From positions 124,001 to 188,000 of the forward strand of contig JAAOMT010000034.1 in NCBI GenBank assembly GCA_016748015.1: a stretch of DNA of 64,000 bases, read 5' to 3'. Both the position numbers and the translations under genes were made by a program. The notes beneath the pieces are model-generated. The model saw only the letters and a program-made list of their open reading frames with translations. It had not been told where the DNA came from and did not search any database. Positions 12,001 to 23,800 of the stretch are shown in pieces. Every line of letters begins with the position of its first letter. Position 1 is the first letter of the stretch. Source of the DNA: Geosiphon pyriformis uo1. Taxonomy: Eukaryota; Fungi; Glomeromycota.

Positions 12001-14726
12001 GAGGAGGAATACTGTTCAAAGCAGCATTCAACAGAGCATTAAAAAGACTACAGCACTACCCACATGACAAGGACAAGTTGTACAACACCACACAAGCCAA
12101 AGTAAGAGGAGGAACCGCCGAAGAAATATGACATTGGAAAGAGTCAGCCGAAGTAGCTAATGAAGTCGTCAGCTACAACATGTTCGACCCAGTAGACAAA
12201 TTCCAGGACTACTACCAACAACTATGCCCCACTCGACAAGAGCAAGAACAATACCTTGCCCAAATCAACACTTACCTCTGCGAAAACTGTCTCATCCCGT
12301 GCCAAAATCAGTGCTGTGAAAAGTGTCAAGACGAAAGAGGCTTAGAAAAAAAAATGGAAATTGAGAATCAGCAGTCTCAAAATCAATCAATAAATCAACA
12401 AGACTCACCTGACAGTTCCGAGTCAGAAAAATTTGTAGCCTATACTGACCTAGAACAGGTGACTGACATCTGATACTTCGACAACGGGCACTTAAGAATA
12501 ATACCCAAAAGAGCCCATCCAACCAATGCTGGATTCAATCTACGTTATCTGGAAGACCAATTCACAACATTACCATCCAGGAGCATCACCAAAATCGACC
12601 TAAAAATAGCAGTTGAAATTCTGCCAGGAATAATGGTTTAAATAGCGTCACGATCAAGCCTTGCGAAAAAAAGAATAAACATTCAAGAAGGAGTAATTGA
12701 CTCTGGATACACTGGAAATTTGATGGTTTTGCTACAGAACAATTCAGAAAAGCCTTATACCATTGAATCTAAGGAAAAGATTGCACAAGCAATTTTTCTA
12801 CCATTGGTAAAAATTGGGAAATTTGTGCCAGTGGAAAATTGTGAGGAATTGTCACAAACAACAAGAGAAACTTTTGGTTTCGGATCGACAGAAAAAGAAA
12901 TTGAAGCAAATTTTGCTGAAACAATAAAGGAAAAAAGTGAAGTAATTAAAAATGAGTGGTCCATCACACTCCTACCATATGGAAAATCAGAAATAAGAAT
13001 AAAAAGGACAATTAAAGAAAAAGACCTAATATTTGAGCTCTATCCAGAAACTTGCCAACAGTTTTTCATAGGACTTATTAACCTTTTTATTTCAGCTGAT
13101 AAAGCTCAATGGATAAAAATTCCTATCGCAAACACCACAGAAGAACCCATCTACATTCTGGAAGATACCATCATTGAATACCTCGGAACGGAGCTAGAAA
13201 ACACGTCAACACCACAAAAAATTCTAAATTTCCCAGAAATTGCCCTCTACTGTGAACTCACTTTAATAAATTGGCAACAACCGTTAGAATGCTATCAATT
13301 TACGCCAGAAGAATTGGCCAAATTAAACATTGGAACAATGGATCCTGACCAACAGCAACAATTAAAAGCATTAATTTTAAAATACTCTGATATATTTTCA
13401 CGAAATGGCGAATTTGGAAGAACCAACTTGGTTTAACACCAAATTTCCATTGGAGATGCCAGACCTGAAAAACAATGCACTTATCATGTTTCATCAATGG
13501 AGCATAATTTTATCAGAGAAGAAGTCCAAAGCATGTTGGAAAAAGAAATAATACAACTATCAATGAGCCCATGGTCCTCACCAGTTGTTTTAGTAAGGAA
13601 AAAGAATGGAAAAATTAGATTTTGCATCGACTATTGCAAACTAAACAGCAAAACAACCAAAGACTCATACCCAATACCATTAATTAACAAAATTTTTGAC
13701 GTTTTTGGAGGAGCAAAATGGTTTTCTACACTGGACTTGACCAGTGGGTACTGGCAAATGGAAATAGACCCAAAGAACAAGCATAAAACAGCATTCACAA
13801 CACAAAATGGCAATTATGAGTTCAATGTAATACCATTTGGATTAACAAATGCTTCCGCAACATTCCAAAGACTAATGAACGTAATTTACTCCAGAATCCT
13901 GTAGCAATCTATTGTTGTCTACTTGGATGATACAAATGTTTTCTCATCAAAATTCACGGATCATCTCCAACATTTACAACAAGTTTTTGAGAGATTAAGA
14001 CATGCTGGACTTAAACTAAATCTAGAAAAATGTTTCTTTGGGAAAAATGAGCTAGTATTTTTAGAACATGTAATTGGAAAAGATGGAATAAAACCAGATT
14101 CATCAAAAATAGACAAAGTGAAAAATTTTCCAGTACCTCGAAACGTTTTAGAAGTTAGAAGCTTTTTAAGACTCACATCTTACTACTGTCGCTTTGTAGA
14201 AAACTTTTCAAACATTGCCAAACCCCTTAATTACCTACTATCCAAAAATGTGAAGTTTGAATGGACTGAAGCACAACAAAAAGCTTTTGAGTACCTTAGA
14301 CGAAAGCTCATTGAATCACCAATAATGATCTATCCAAATTTCAACAAAAAATTCATTTTGGCCACAGATGCCTCTGGAACTGGACTTGGAGCCATTCTGT
14401 CACAAAAAGATAATAATGGAAGAGAACGTGTAATTACTTATATCAGCAGAAGTCTCAGTATGGCAGAACAAAAATATGCAACACATAAACTTAAATGCTT
14501 AGCAGTAGTCTGGAGTTGTGTTTACTTTAACACATATTTATGGTACCAACCCTTTGAGATTACGACAAATTATAAAGGTTTGGTCTGGTTAAATAACAAG
14601 AAAGCGCTAAAAGGAAAATACACTAGATGGTCACAAATGTTAGCACCATACGATTATATTATCAAATACAAAGAAGGTACCAAAAATGCTAATGCCGACT
14701 GTTTGTTAAGAATGAGACACACATAA
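9015..14726 (+). pseudogene. Single-frame gag-PR-Cys-rich-dUTPase-RT-RNase H polyprotein of C (~1900 codons, ~10 in-frame stops)
   Basis: ORF pieces at 9015, 10248, 10869, 12180, 12720, 13497 and 13923 share one frame; CHFCKCIGHLISQC, LILDS, AGFNL/SRSSLA/VIDSGYTG, YLDD, LATDASG. Confidence 0.95.
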
Positions 14727-14755
14727 AAATCACCAACCCACCCGTCACAACAACT

Positions 14756-14908
14756 ATGAACATAATAACAACCAACAGTATTGAACAATTTACCAATTCA
14801 CAATTTCAAGAATTACAACAACAAATTAATAACACAGTATTGAACCACTATAGTAACTTAGAATTTAATGAAGAAATTAACTTCAATTTTAACAAAGCTC
14901 AATTTTGA
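14756..14908 (+). pseudogene. 3' remnant of ORF3 fused at the deletion junction in C
   Basis: Matches 59731-59883 of F. Confidence 0.85.
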
Positions 14909-14921
14909 AAGGAGGGGATAA

Positions 14922-15799
14922 TGTTATGGTTTAAGAATTTAGCAAAAAGAATCATAAAAATAATACAAACTATTCAATCATAATATAGCGCAGTAATAAT
15001 CTTAGAAAGGTAATGATTAACATAGTAGCAAACATCATTTCGTAATAGTGGCAAGCACCAGTTCACAATAGCAGCCAACAGCAATTGGTGATAGCAGCAA
15101 ACACCAGGTTGAAATATCAAAAAGAAAGTATTACAATGTGTTTTCTTATAGAACTACAAACATGTATATATACAGTAGTTTTAATATTGGGAAAAAAACA
15201 ATCAAGTAATAAAAATCATAACTTATTAAGCAATAGATCCAATTTTATCCAACAAACTCTACTTTAAATCATACTTTCAAATTAAATATCCCTAAAAACC
15301 TTTAAATCAAAAAGAAATGAAAAAGAATATTTAAAACTGAATTATCACAACCCAAAGTATTAAAAAACTTACTTGTATTATTTATTGAATGAAACTATCA
15401 TTTATCAACTGAATCTCTTAAAAGAATAATCCTTGATCAAGATTATTCATGTTGTTACTAATTGATAAAAGCTTTATTGTAAGAATTAGAAAAAAAGCAC
15501 TAAAGACCATTAACATTCTGTGTTTCTAGATTAGAGAAACACATCAGGCAATTGCAAGGATAGCCTCAGAAAAGACTCCAAACAGTGGATAAATTTCAGT
15601 TCAGCCTCTGAGAAGGAGTACATAAACACACACAACAATCAGGAATTGAAGAATAACTTACATCACAACATTAAAAAGAAAGCCTTCAGTATAACAGTGA
15701 CATTATCACACAAATAGAATTGAGAAACTCACGAAAGACTGATTGCAATTAAAACAGGATATCAGCAATTAAATATAACAAGAAAACCATCCCGTAACA
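14922..15799 (+). repeat. 3' LTR of C
   Basis: PPT GAAAGGAGGGGATAA at 14907-14921; TSD follows. Confidence 0.97.
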
Positions 15800-16905
15800 A
15801 CAGCTAAACTCTGATACCATAAATCTGCAGTATCTTAGAAAAAATAGAAAATCACTTGAAAAGCTCTGTTGTCATTTCATCCATTGGCTGCAATAGCTTT
15901 TTTTACATTATTGAGTCATACTTGGGCATTGTTTTTTTTGCTGGTGAATTTTTCAATTTTGGTAATGGGTGCATATGTCATTGATACTAATAGTAGTTGT
16001 TGTTACAGTTGTAGTTGTTATTGTAATTGTTGCTAGAGTAGTGCTTATGGCTATTGCTGTTGCTGTTGCTGTTCATTAATTGATGGGGCTGGTGGTGGAT
16101 TAATTATGATTTCTGAAAGTAAGTTTTTCTGAGTAATAATATTGGGATTTGGATCATTCTGATTTTCTGGAGTTTGATTAACTGGAGTTTCGATTTCTGA
16201 ATTTTCTAGAATCAGATTTTGTTTGCTAATTTCTTGATCACTACTTTCCTCTTTCTTAGAGTTGGCTATTTCCCAAGAACCAATGGCTCCGAAATCTGGT
16301 TGTGATAGTAATGATCAAATTTCTAATGGTATTGGGGATCACAATTTAAATTTCTCAAAATAATTGCTGTATGTTTTTAATAACTTTGCTCTCTTTTGTT
16401 TACTTTAAAATGAAATTCTGTTTAGTAGTGTTGTTGTGCTTGCTGTAGCTGTGCTTATTATATTGATAGTACTTTTAGGTGTGTGGTGATATAATGAATT
16501 AGTAAGTAAATCAAATTTTTGTTTCTTCCAAGTGAGTAGTTGAATTTGTTTTGGTGTTCCTGCTGATGTTTATAATCTTTTTTTTTTCTTGTTAATAAAA
16601 GTAATAAAAAATTTCTGTTTGGTGTATTTTTCAATTTCTCTGTTTATTTTTGTGATTAGAGGTGCAAATAAGTAGTTTTGTGGAAGAGTGGTATTTTAAA
16701 GTAGTTTACTAAAGAAATTGTTGAAGGTGAATTCTGGATCTCCTTGGCCTCCCAAATGATATACTATTTTCTTATTGATATAGCAGTTAAAAGTTGATTC
16801 TGTTGACCAACTATTATTTGTTAATCTGAGATAGGTGTGATAGTGTTGGAATAAAAATTTTGTGAATCTTAAATGGTTTGTCTCTGTTTCTTTAGATTCT
16901 GCCAC
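15800..16905 (-). pseudogene. Element A gag N-terminal half
   Basis: Homologous to D 26508-27104 (ESTFNCYINKKI); continues into capsid WYQSL at the C junction. Confidence 0.85.
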
Positions 16906-16970
16906 TGTTTCAGATAGGTGTTTGTTGGTGCTGGTTTTCTGTAAGATTATACCTCACAGAGAGCACCAAA

Positions 16971-17774
16971 TATTACAGGTAATTATTTGGGGTCTCAAGC
17001 AAATAACAAACCCATAACTTGGTGTTCAATTGTTGACTAATGATAGTTTCTGAAGGTTTTCATGATCTGAAAATTTTGGTTGGGTTTTTTGTATAATAGA
17101 CAGAAATTCTAATGTGGTTTTTTTTAATGGTGTTTCAAGGGTCAATCTGTGGGTTAAGTAGTTATTGTTTATCACTTTCCAGAATTGTAATTCTATCAAT
17201 TCTTTTTTCAGTGTGGTGGCTAACAATCTCCTAAAAAGCTATTCTCAAATCTAAGTGTCTACCCTTATTTCTGAGTCTTTTACTAATATTATATCCTGAT
17301 GTCAGTAATTTAGCACCTTAATTTTTTTAATCAATTAGTACACAACAAAAAATAACAAAACAAAATAAAAAAAAATAAAAAAAAATAAAGAAATAAGCCA
17401 AGGCAATGAATACTAGTATTCCATTAATAGCCATAATTAAAAACTATTGTTCTAGTTTGGTTAAGTATCAATTACTATCAACATAGAATGTTAATAGTGG
17501 GAAGTGAATTTAAAATATTGAATAATTATTTATTAATATTTGTAATGTGGAAAGTTGCTTAGATCAAATCTAAACTGAGAGGTTTGTCTTTTCTGCTTCT
17601 AATGCTACTGCTATATATACTTAATTTATGTTTTATGAGATTGTTCACATTCTTGAGCAATATGCTATGATTTCTTAAGCAATGCTCATATTGCTGAACA
17701 ATATGCTCATGTGCTAACTACTACTCTCTTATTGGTCTGCTATTTTTTTATAACTGTTTTCTTTATAAATAATA
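16971..17774 (-). repeat. 5' LTR of A; PBS at 16951-16968
   Basis: Decayed termini TATTACA/ATAATA; similar to the E LTR; adjacent PBS. Confidence 0.85.
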
Positions 17775-17813
17775 CCATTAGCATTTTTGTTTTTTTTTCC
17801 CCTTTTGTAATGT

Positions 17814-18752
17814 TGTTACAGGTGATTCTTTGGGGTGTTGTGTAAATAACAAACTTGTAACTTGGTGCTCAAAGTGATTGGTGACAATGATAATCTAAAG
17901 ATATTTTATCTAAAGGTTTTCCAATTGAGTTTTTTGTATAATAGACAGAGATTCAATAGTAACAGTTTATCAGTAGTTTCCTGAAACTGTAGTTTTGTCA
18001 ATTGCTTGCTCAGCTTGATGATTGATAATTCTCCTGATACAATATCCTCCATAAGTGTATACTAGTGCTGTTTTCTGATGTCAGTTCCTCCATAAGTCCT
18101 CCAAAAGTAAGTATTGTTTAAGCAAGTTTATTCCTTTATAAGTCCTCCAAAAGTAAGTATTTTTTAAGTATTTTTTAAGTAAGTTTTATTCCTTCATAAG
18201 TCCTTCAAGAGTAAATCCTTTAATCAAGTTAGTAGACAACAAAGAAAATAAAAAAAAGATAAAAAAAAAAATAAGAAATAAGCCAAGGTGATTTGCAAGT
18301 TAGTATCCCGTCAATAGCCGTAATCAAGAGCTATTGTTCCAGTATGGTTAAGTATCCATTACTATTAACATGAAGTGTTGATAATGAAGAATGAATTTGA
18401 GATAATAAATATTTATTTATTTGAGAATTGTGGTAACTAAGCTAAGGATTCTTGGTGTTAATTCTTTTTTTTCTGCTTCTAATGCTACTGCTATATATAC
18501 ATATTTGAGATTTCTCAATTCTTCAATTCCTTGCAACAGGAATCCTGGAATTTCTGGAATCCTGCAATTCCTGATGAAAGGAATTCTGAAATTCTGGAAT
18601 CCTGCGATTCCTTGTCGGAGAATTCTGAAATTTCTGGAATCCTGCAATTCCTCTAAGAGGAATCTTGGAATTCCACATTTACTATGTCTACATCTGATTG
18701 GCTAATATCTACTGACTAATAATACTATATTTCTTATATTTTATAAGTAACA
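17814..18752 (-). repeat. 3' LTR of D
   Basis: Direct repeat of 27167-28093; tandem repeats at ~18080-18220 and ~18510-18675. Confidence 0.95.
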
Positions 18753-18765
18753 TTATTCTCTCTTT

Positions 18766-19395
18766 TTAATATTGAGCTCCGTCAAAATCTAATTCCTTTA
18801 ATTTTCCTTCTTGAATTATTTCTTGAACTTCTTTTTTGAGTATTACTTGTGTTATTTTAGTTTGTAGTTCTTCAAATTGGGCATTGGTCATTTTTTCCAA
18901 TTGATTACTTGTAACTGTATCTATTGCTGTGTTGAGTAAAATTTCTGGTCGGTTTTGAAATCTCATATATAGCCAGTAAATGGCTCAAGCTTGTGTGGTT
19001 AGATTGTTCTTTTCCACAAATTGTTCTAGTTGTCTCAGCATTGTTGTGTCAAATAACCATTTTGTTTTGTCAGTGTAAAAATTCTGGATATTTACATGTT
19101 GTCCCAAGTAAAAATAACAATAGTTTTTCAGAAATTGTTGTGTTCACTAAGTTCAAGTTTCTCTGGTAAGCTCTTGGTGTAATTCGACTATTTGTTGTTC
19201 TTTTATGGCCAATTTTATCTTGGTCATAATCTTGTTAACAACATTTTCAAGTCTTTTCTGTGCTTTGTTTTGTGGTATCTTTGCCGTATGTTTGTAACGA
19301 ATAGTTTGTTAATTGATTGTAATTTCCATCTCCTGGTGTTGAATTAATTGAATAATTTGTTGGGCTAGTGAATGGATATTGTCCGTAATTTTCAT
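18766..19395 (-). pseudogene. ORF3 of D (~209 aa, unknown function)
   Basis: MKITDNIHSLAQQII...NYCYFYLGQHVNIQ...TNAQFEELQ...DFDGAQY; homologous to 59215-59883; a few stops. Confidence 0.85.
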
Positions 19396-19448
19396 TTTTC
19401 TGATCTCTTCTGTCACGTCAACCATGTTCTTATATATTCTTTTGTCAA

Positions 19449-20820
19449 TCAATTGGACGTGTTGTTGTCAATAATAATGATTGGTTCTAGATCTCATAAA
19501 ATTTTATTTGGTTGGACTAGTATTCTCTGTACTTCTAATTGTAGAATATTACTGGTAGATAATAATGTTATATGGTGGTATAGTTTCAGTCAATCTCTAT
19601 GTGCTGCTTTGGTCAAGATTTTGTTATTCAATCTTAATTTGTAAGCTCCATTTCCTAGAATTTCTTTTATGTGAAATGGTCCGTCTCATTTGGGGTCAAA
19701 TTTTCCACTCCATTGTTTTTTCGCTTTGGTACAATATAGTAGTACTTTGTCTCCAATTCTGAATTCAACTGGTTTATCTGGTAGTTAGTTATCATGTCTT
19801 TCTTTTTGTTTCTCTTGTGATCTTTGTATGTTATCAGCTGCTCTTTGTCATTTGTTTTCTAATGTTTCCATTAAGTCATATGTTCTTCTTAGCAATGTGT
19901 TTTTGAAATTTTCTTCTGTTATTGGTTCAGTTGGGTATGTGCTGACTTCTATTTCCATTGGTAGTATTGCTGTTCTACCATATACTAATTCAAATGGTGT
20001 TGCTTGTATAGTATCTTACTTCATTGTTCAATAAGCAAATAATACTGATGGTATCAACAAATCCCAATCATTCTGGTTTTCTTGGCTAAGCTTAGCTATT
20101 GCCTTACATAATGTTCTGTTAAATCTTTTGACTAATCTGTTGGTTTGTGGATAGTATAGTGATAATAGTGGTTTCTTAATTCCAAATCTTTGGCTCAATT
20201 CTGTTAATGTTCTGTTCACAAAATGAGTTTCTTGGTCTGATAATAATTTTTTTGGACATCTATGTCGACAAATCAAATCCTGATGAACAAATTTGGCAAC
20301 AGATTCTGCATCCACTCTTTGAATTGCTTTTGTCTCTGGCCATTTAGTGAGATAGTCCATGGCTACTGCTATGTATCTGTTTCCTCTGCTGGTGATTGTT
20401 AATGGTCCGACTAAATCAATTCTAATATGGTCGAATGGTTGTCCCACTTTGATTGGTTTTAATGGTTCACTGGGTTTTATACCTCCTCTTTGCTAACAAG
20501 CATCACAATTTTGAACATATTGGATAATGTCTGGATACATTGATGGCCAATAATACCTTTTTTTGGTTCTTTCTATGGTTGCTTTTTTGTGAAAATGTTC
20601 TGTTGTTGGATTTGAGTACATGTTGAATAATATTGTTTCTTTTTCTGGCTCTGTAATTACTTTGGTTGGTTAATCTAGATCTCCAATAAAGTATATTTTG
20701 GTAAGTGATAAAATATTTTGATTGTTGTTTGATACTCTTTCATTTCGTTTGAGATAAATTCTCCTTGAACTGTTGAGTGTTTATATAATGTTGCAGTTGT
20801 TGATATTTTTGTATGTTCAT
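19449..20820 (-). pseudogene. Stand-alone integrase ORF of D
   Basis: Own ATG at 20820; HHCC remnant; IDLVGP, SDQETHF, QTNRLVKRFN; DGPF C-terminal module; stops and one frameshift. Confidence 0.92.
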
Positions 20821-20882
20821 CTTTTGTTATATTTTTCGTTGGTATTGTTCTGGTTTTGTTATATTTTTGGGTTGAAATGTTC

Positions 20883-23800
20883 TTAGATTTGTCTCATTCG
20901 TGACAAACTGTCAGCATTTCCATTGTTTTTTCTCTTTTTATAATGTATAGTATAATTATATGATATGAGTGCCATTTTCCATCTTGACTGTCTTCTATCT
21001 CCAAATTCTTGTTTTTGAAGTGATGTTAATTCTTTGTGATCTGTGTATACTTTAAACTTTTGGCTCAAGTATTCTTTCCATTTTATAACTGCCCAAAAGA
21101 TTGCTAAGTGTTCTTGTTCTGGTGTTCTATAGTTTTTTTTAGCTGGTGTTAGACCTCGGCTGGCATATGCTACTGGATGTTCTCTACTGTCCAGTCCTTT
21201 CTGAGATAGTACTGCTCCCAATGCTTGGCTAGATGCATCAGTAGTAATAATGAATGGTTTGCTGTGATCTGAATAGATCAGTACTGGAGCTTGAATGAGC
21301 TTTCTTTTCAGAATATCAAAAGCTTTTTGTTGACTTTCTGTTCATTCATATTTTGTATTCTTGGTTTGCAGTTGGTTGAGTGGCTGTGCTATCTTGAAAA
21401 AGTTCTTGATAAAACATTGATAGTAGCTGGCACATCCCAAAAATGATTTCAGTTCTGTCATATTAGTTGGTACTAGAAAGTTCTTTACTATTTTTATTTT
21501 CTCTGGATCCGTTTTAATGTTGTCTTTACTGACTATGTGTCCCAAAAATTTTAGTTCTGTCTTGCCAAAGAAGCATTTTGTTGCATTTAACTTTAGTCCT
21601 GCTCTTCTTAGTCTTTCGAACACTTGTTGAAGATGATGAAGATGATTATCAAATGTTTTTGAGAATACATTGGTGTCGTCCAAGTATACAACTATTGATT
21701 TCCACAATAAGCCAGTATAAACAATTTCTATTAGCTGTTGGAAAGTGACTGGTGTGTTGGTTAAGCCAAATGGCATTACTTCAAATTCAAAATTTCCTTC
21801 TCTGGTAGTGAATGCTGTCTTTTTTTTGTTGGCTGGATCCATGGCTACTTGCCAGTAACCACTGTTTAGGTCTAATGTTAAAAACCATTTGTTTTCACCA
21901 AAAGTGTCGAATAATTCTTGGATCCGTGAAGTGGAGTAGCTATCTTTCTGAGTTACTCTATTGAGTTTTTTATAATCCACACAAAAGCAGATTTTCCCAT
22001 TTTTTTTCCAGACAAGTATCATTGGTGATGACCATGGGCTCATTGATGGCTGAATTAGCCCATTATTAAGCATTCAGTTTATCTCTTGACAGATAATCTC
22101 ATGGCTAGCTAGTAGTACTCGGTATGCTCTTTGTTTAATTGGCATTGCATCTCCAGTTTTGATCTGATGCTGGATGATGTCAGTTTGGCCAAACTTGTTT
22201 TCACTGGCAAAGATATTGTTGAAATTGTTGAGCAACATCTTAAGTTGCATATGTTGGAGTGGATCTAAGTTTCTCATGTTTATTTATTCCAATTGTTCTG
22301 GTTGGAGCAAATAACATTTGCTTTGTCCGTATATTATTTGTGATGTGATATTGACATATCTACAAAGCTATGGAAAGTCTGGAATGGTACTTGGTGGTTG
22401 ATCTTCTATTTTAGTGCTTAAGTATCCAATGATAATTTTGGCTGGTATTACTATGACATTTCCTGTATTATTGTAGATGGGAATTTTGATGTGGCTGTAA
22501 TCTTTGGCTGGTATATGGAGATTGATGAATCTAATCTCTCCTGATTCACAAAGGGTTAGTTCTGTTTCAAAAATCTGATTCTGTTCTTTTACTTTCTGCT
22601 TTATCCCTATCATGTACTGGCCATATAGTAAAATGAAAATTGTTTGACCCGTTGAGATAATTTTTTCTTGGTCAACAATTTTTTTTTCTGTCATATTGAT
22701 TGGTACATCTACTCTACCTATCAATCCGAATCCCTGTATTCCTCTTGCTGTTATTCCTAATTTTTCCCTCTTTTCTACTAATACTAACTGAACTACTCTA
22801 ACCAGAGACAGGAATATTGCCTGTGCTATCTTTTCATTGGGCTCTATTATATAGGCTTTTTCTGAGTCATTTTGTAGCATAATGATAATATTTCCTACAT
22901 ATCCTGCATCAATTATTTCTCCTCTTATATTAATCTCTCTTTTTGCTAAACTACTCCTAGATACTAATTGAACCATTGTTGTTGCCGGAATTTCCAGTGC
23001 TATTTTCAAATCAAGACAGATGTGTGAATGTGGTTCCAATTTGATGGCATCTTTTCCTGGATACCTCAGATCAAACCCAGCATTAGTATTATGTATGCGT
23101 TCTGGCATAATACTTTCATTATTATTACTGAACTATTTAAGTTCCTGTTCCTTGGTAAGGTCAAAAAGTGCAATATATTGTTCATAGTTTGGATCAGAGT
23201 TTAAATCTGAGTTGGAATCATTGTCATTACTCTCGCCATATTGAATGGAACTGGAACCGGTGTTTTTATTGTTGTTGTTATCGGAGTTTGAATTGGAATT
23301 AAAATTCAATTCCGATTCTGATGCACAGCTGCTGATTGGTTCCTCTTCTTCTGGAATTGTGTAGATCATGTGTGGTAGTGGATTGTAGATGAGATCACAC
23401 TCATTACAATACTGAAAGTCACATGAGATTAAGCAATGTTGACATAATCAAGTTTTCAGCTGCTCTAAACATTGCTCTTGTTTTTTCTTAGTAAGTGCCA
23501 AATGCTGGTAATGTTTATAAAATTCTTCAGGGTCATCTTCAATGTTGCCAAAGACATCGAACGTTTGAATGTATTTGGATTCAAGAAATGATAGAGGATT
23601 ATTTTTTATCTCTAGTAATTTGCTGGTTGTCATGTCTTCTGTTTTTGCATATGCCATTCTCCATAGTTCATCTTTGTCATGGGGATATTCTTCCAATTGT
23701 TCCAACACTCGTTTCCAGGCATCATTGATTGGTGTTTCTTTGCTTACCCAATTATTTATCAGTATGGTGTATTGACATGTTTTGTCACATGTTCTTTTAT

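Larger units (their letters stand above)
8055..15799 (+). mobile_element. Ty3/gypsy element C, lacking integrase; inserted in gag of A
   Basis: Two 878-bp LTRs; perfect TSD ACAG at 8051-8054 and 15800-15803; PBS and PPT; same family as F. Confidence 0.97.
1..17774 (-). mobile_element. Ty3/gypsy LTR retrotransposon A, degenerate; pieces 1-2441, 5420-8054 and 15800-17774, split by B and C; 3' part lies left of the window
   Basis: Coding sequence rejoins across both insertions; RH, RT, dUTPase, Cys-rich, protease and gag remnants; PBS and 5' LTR at right end. Confidence 0.9.
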
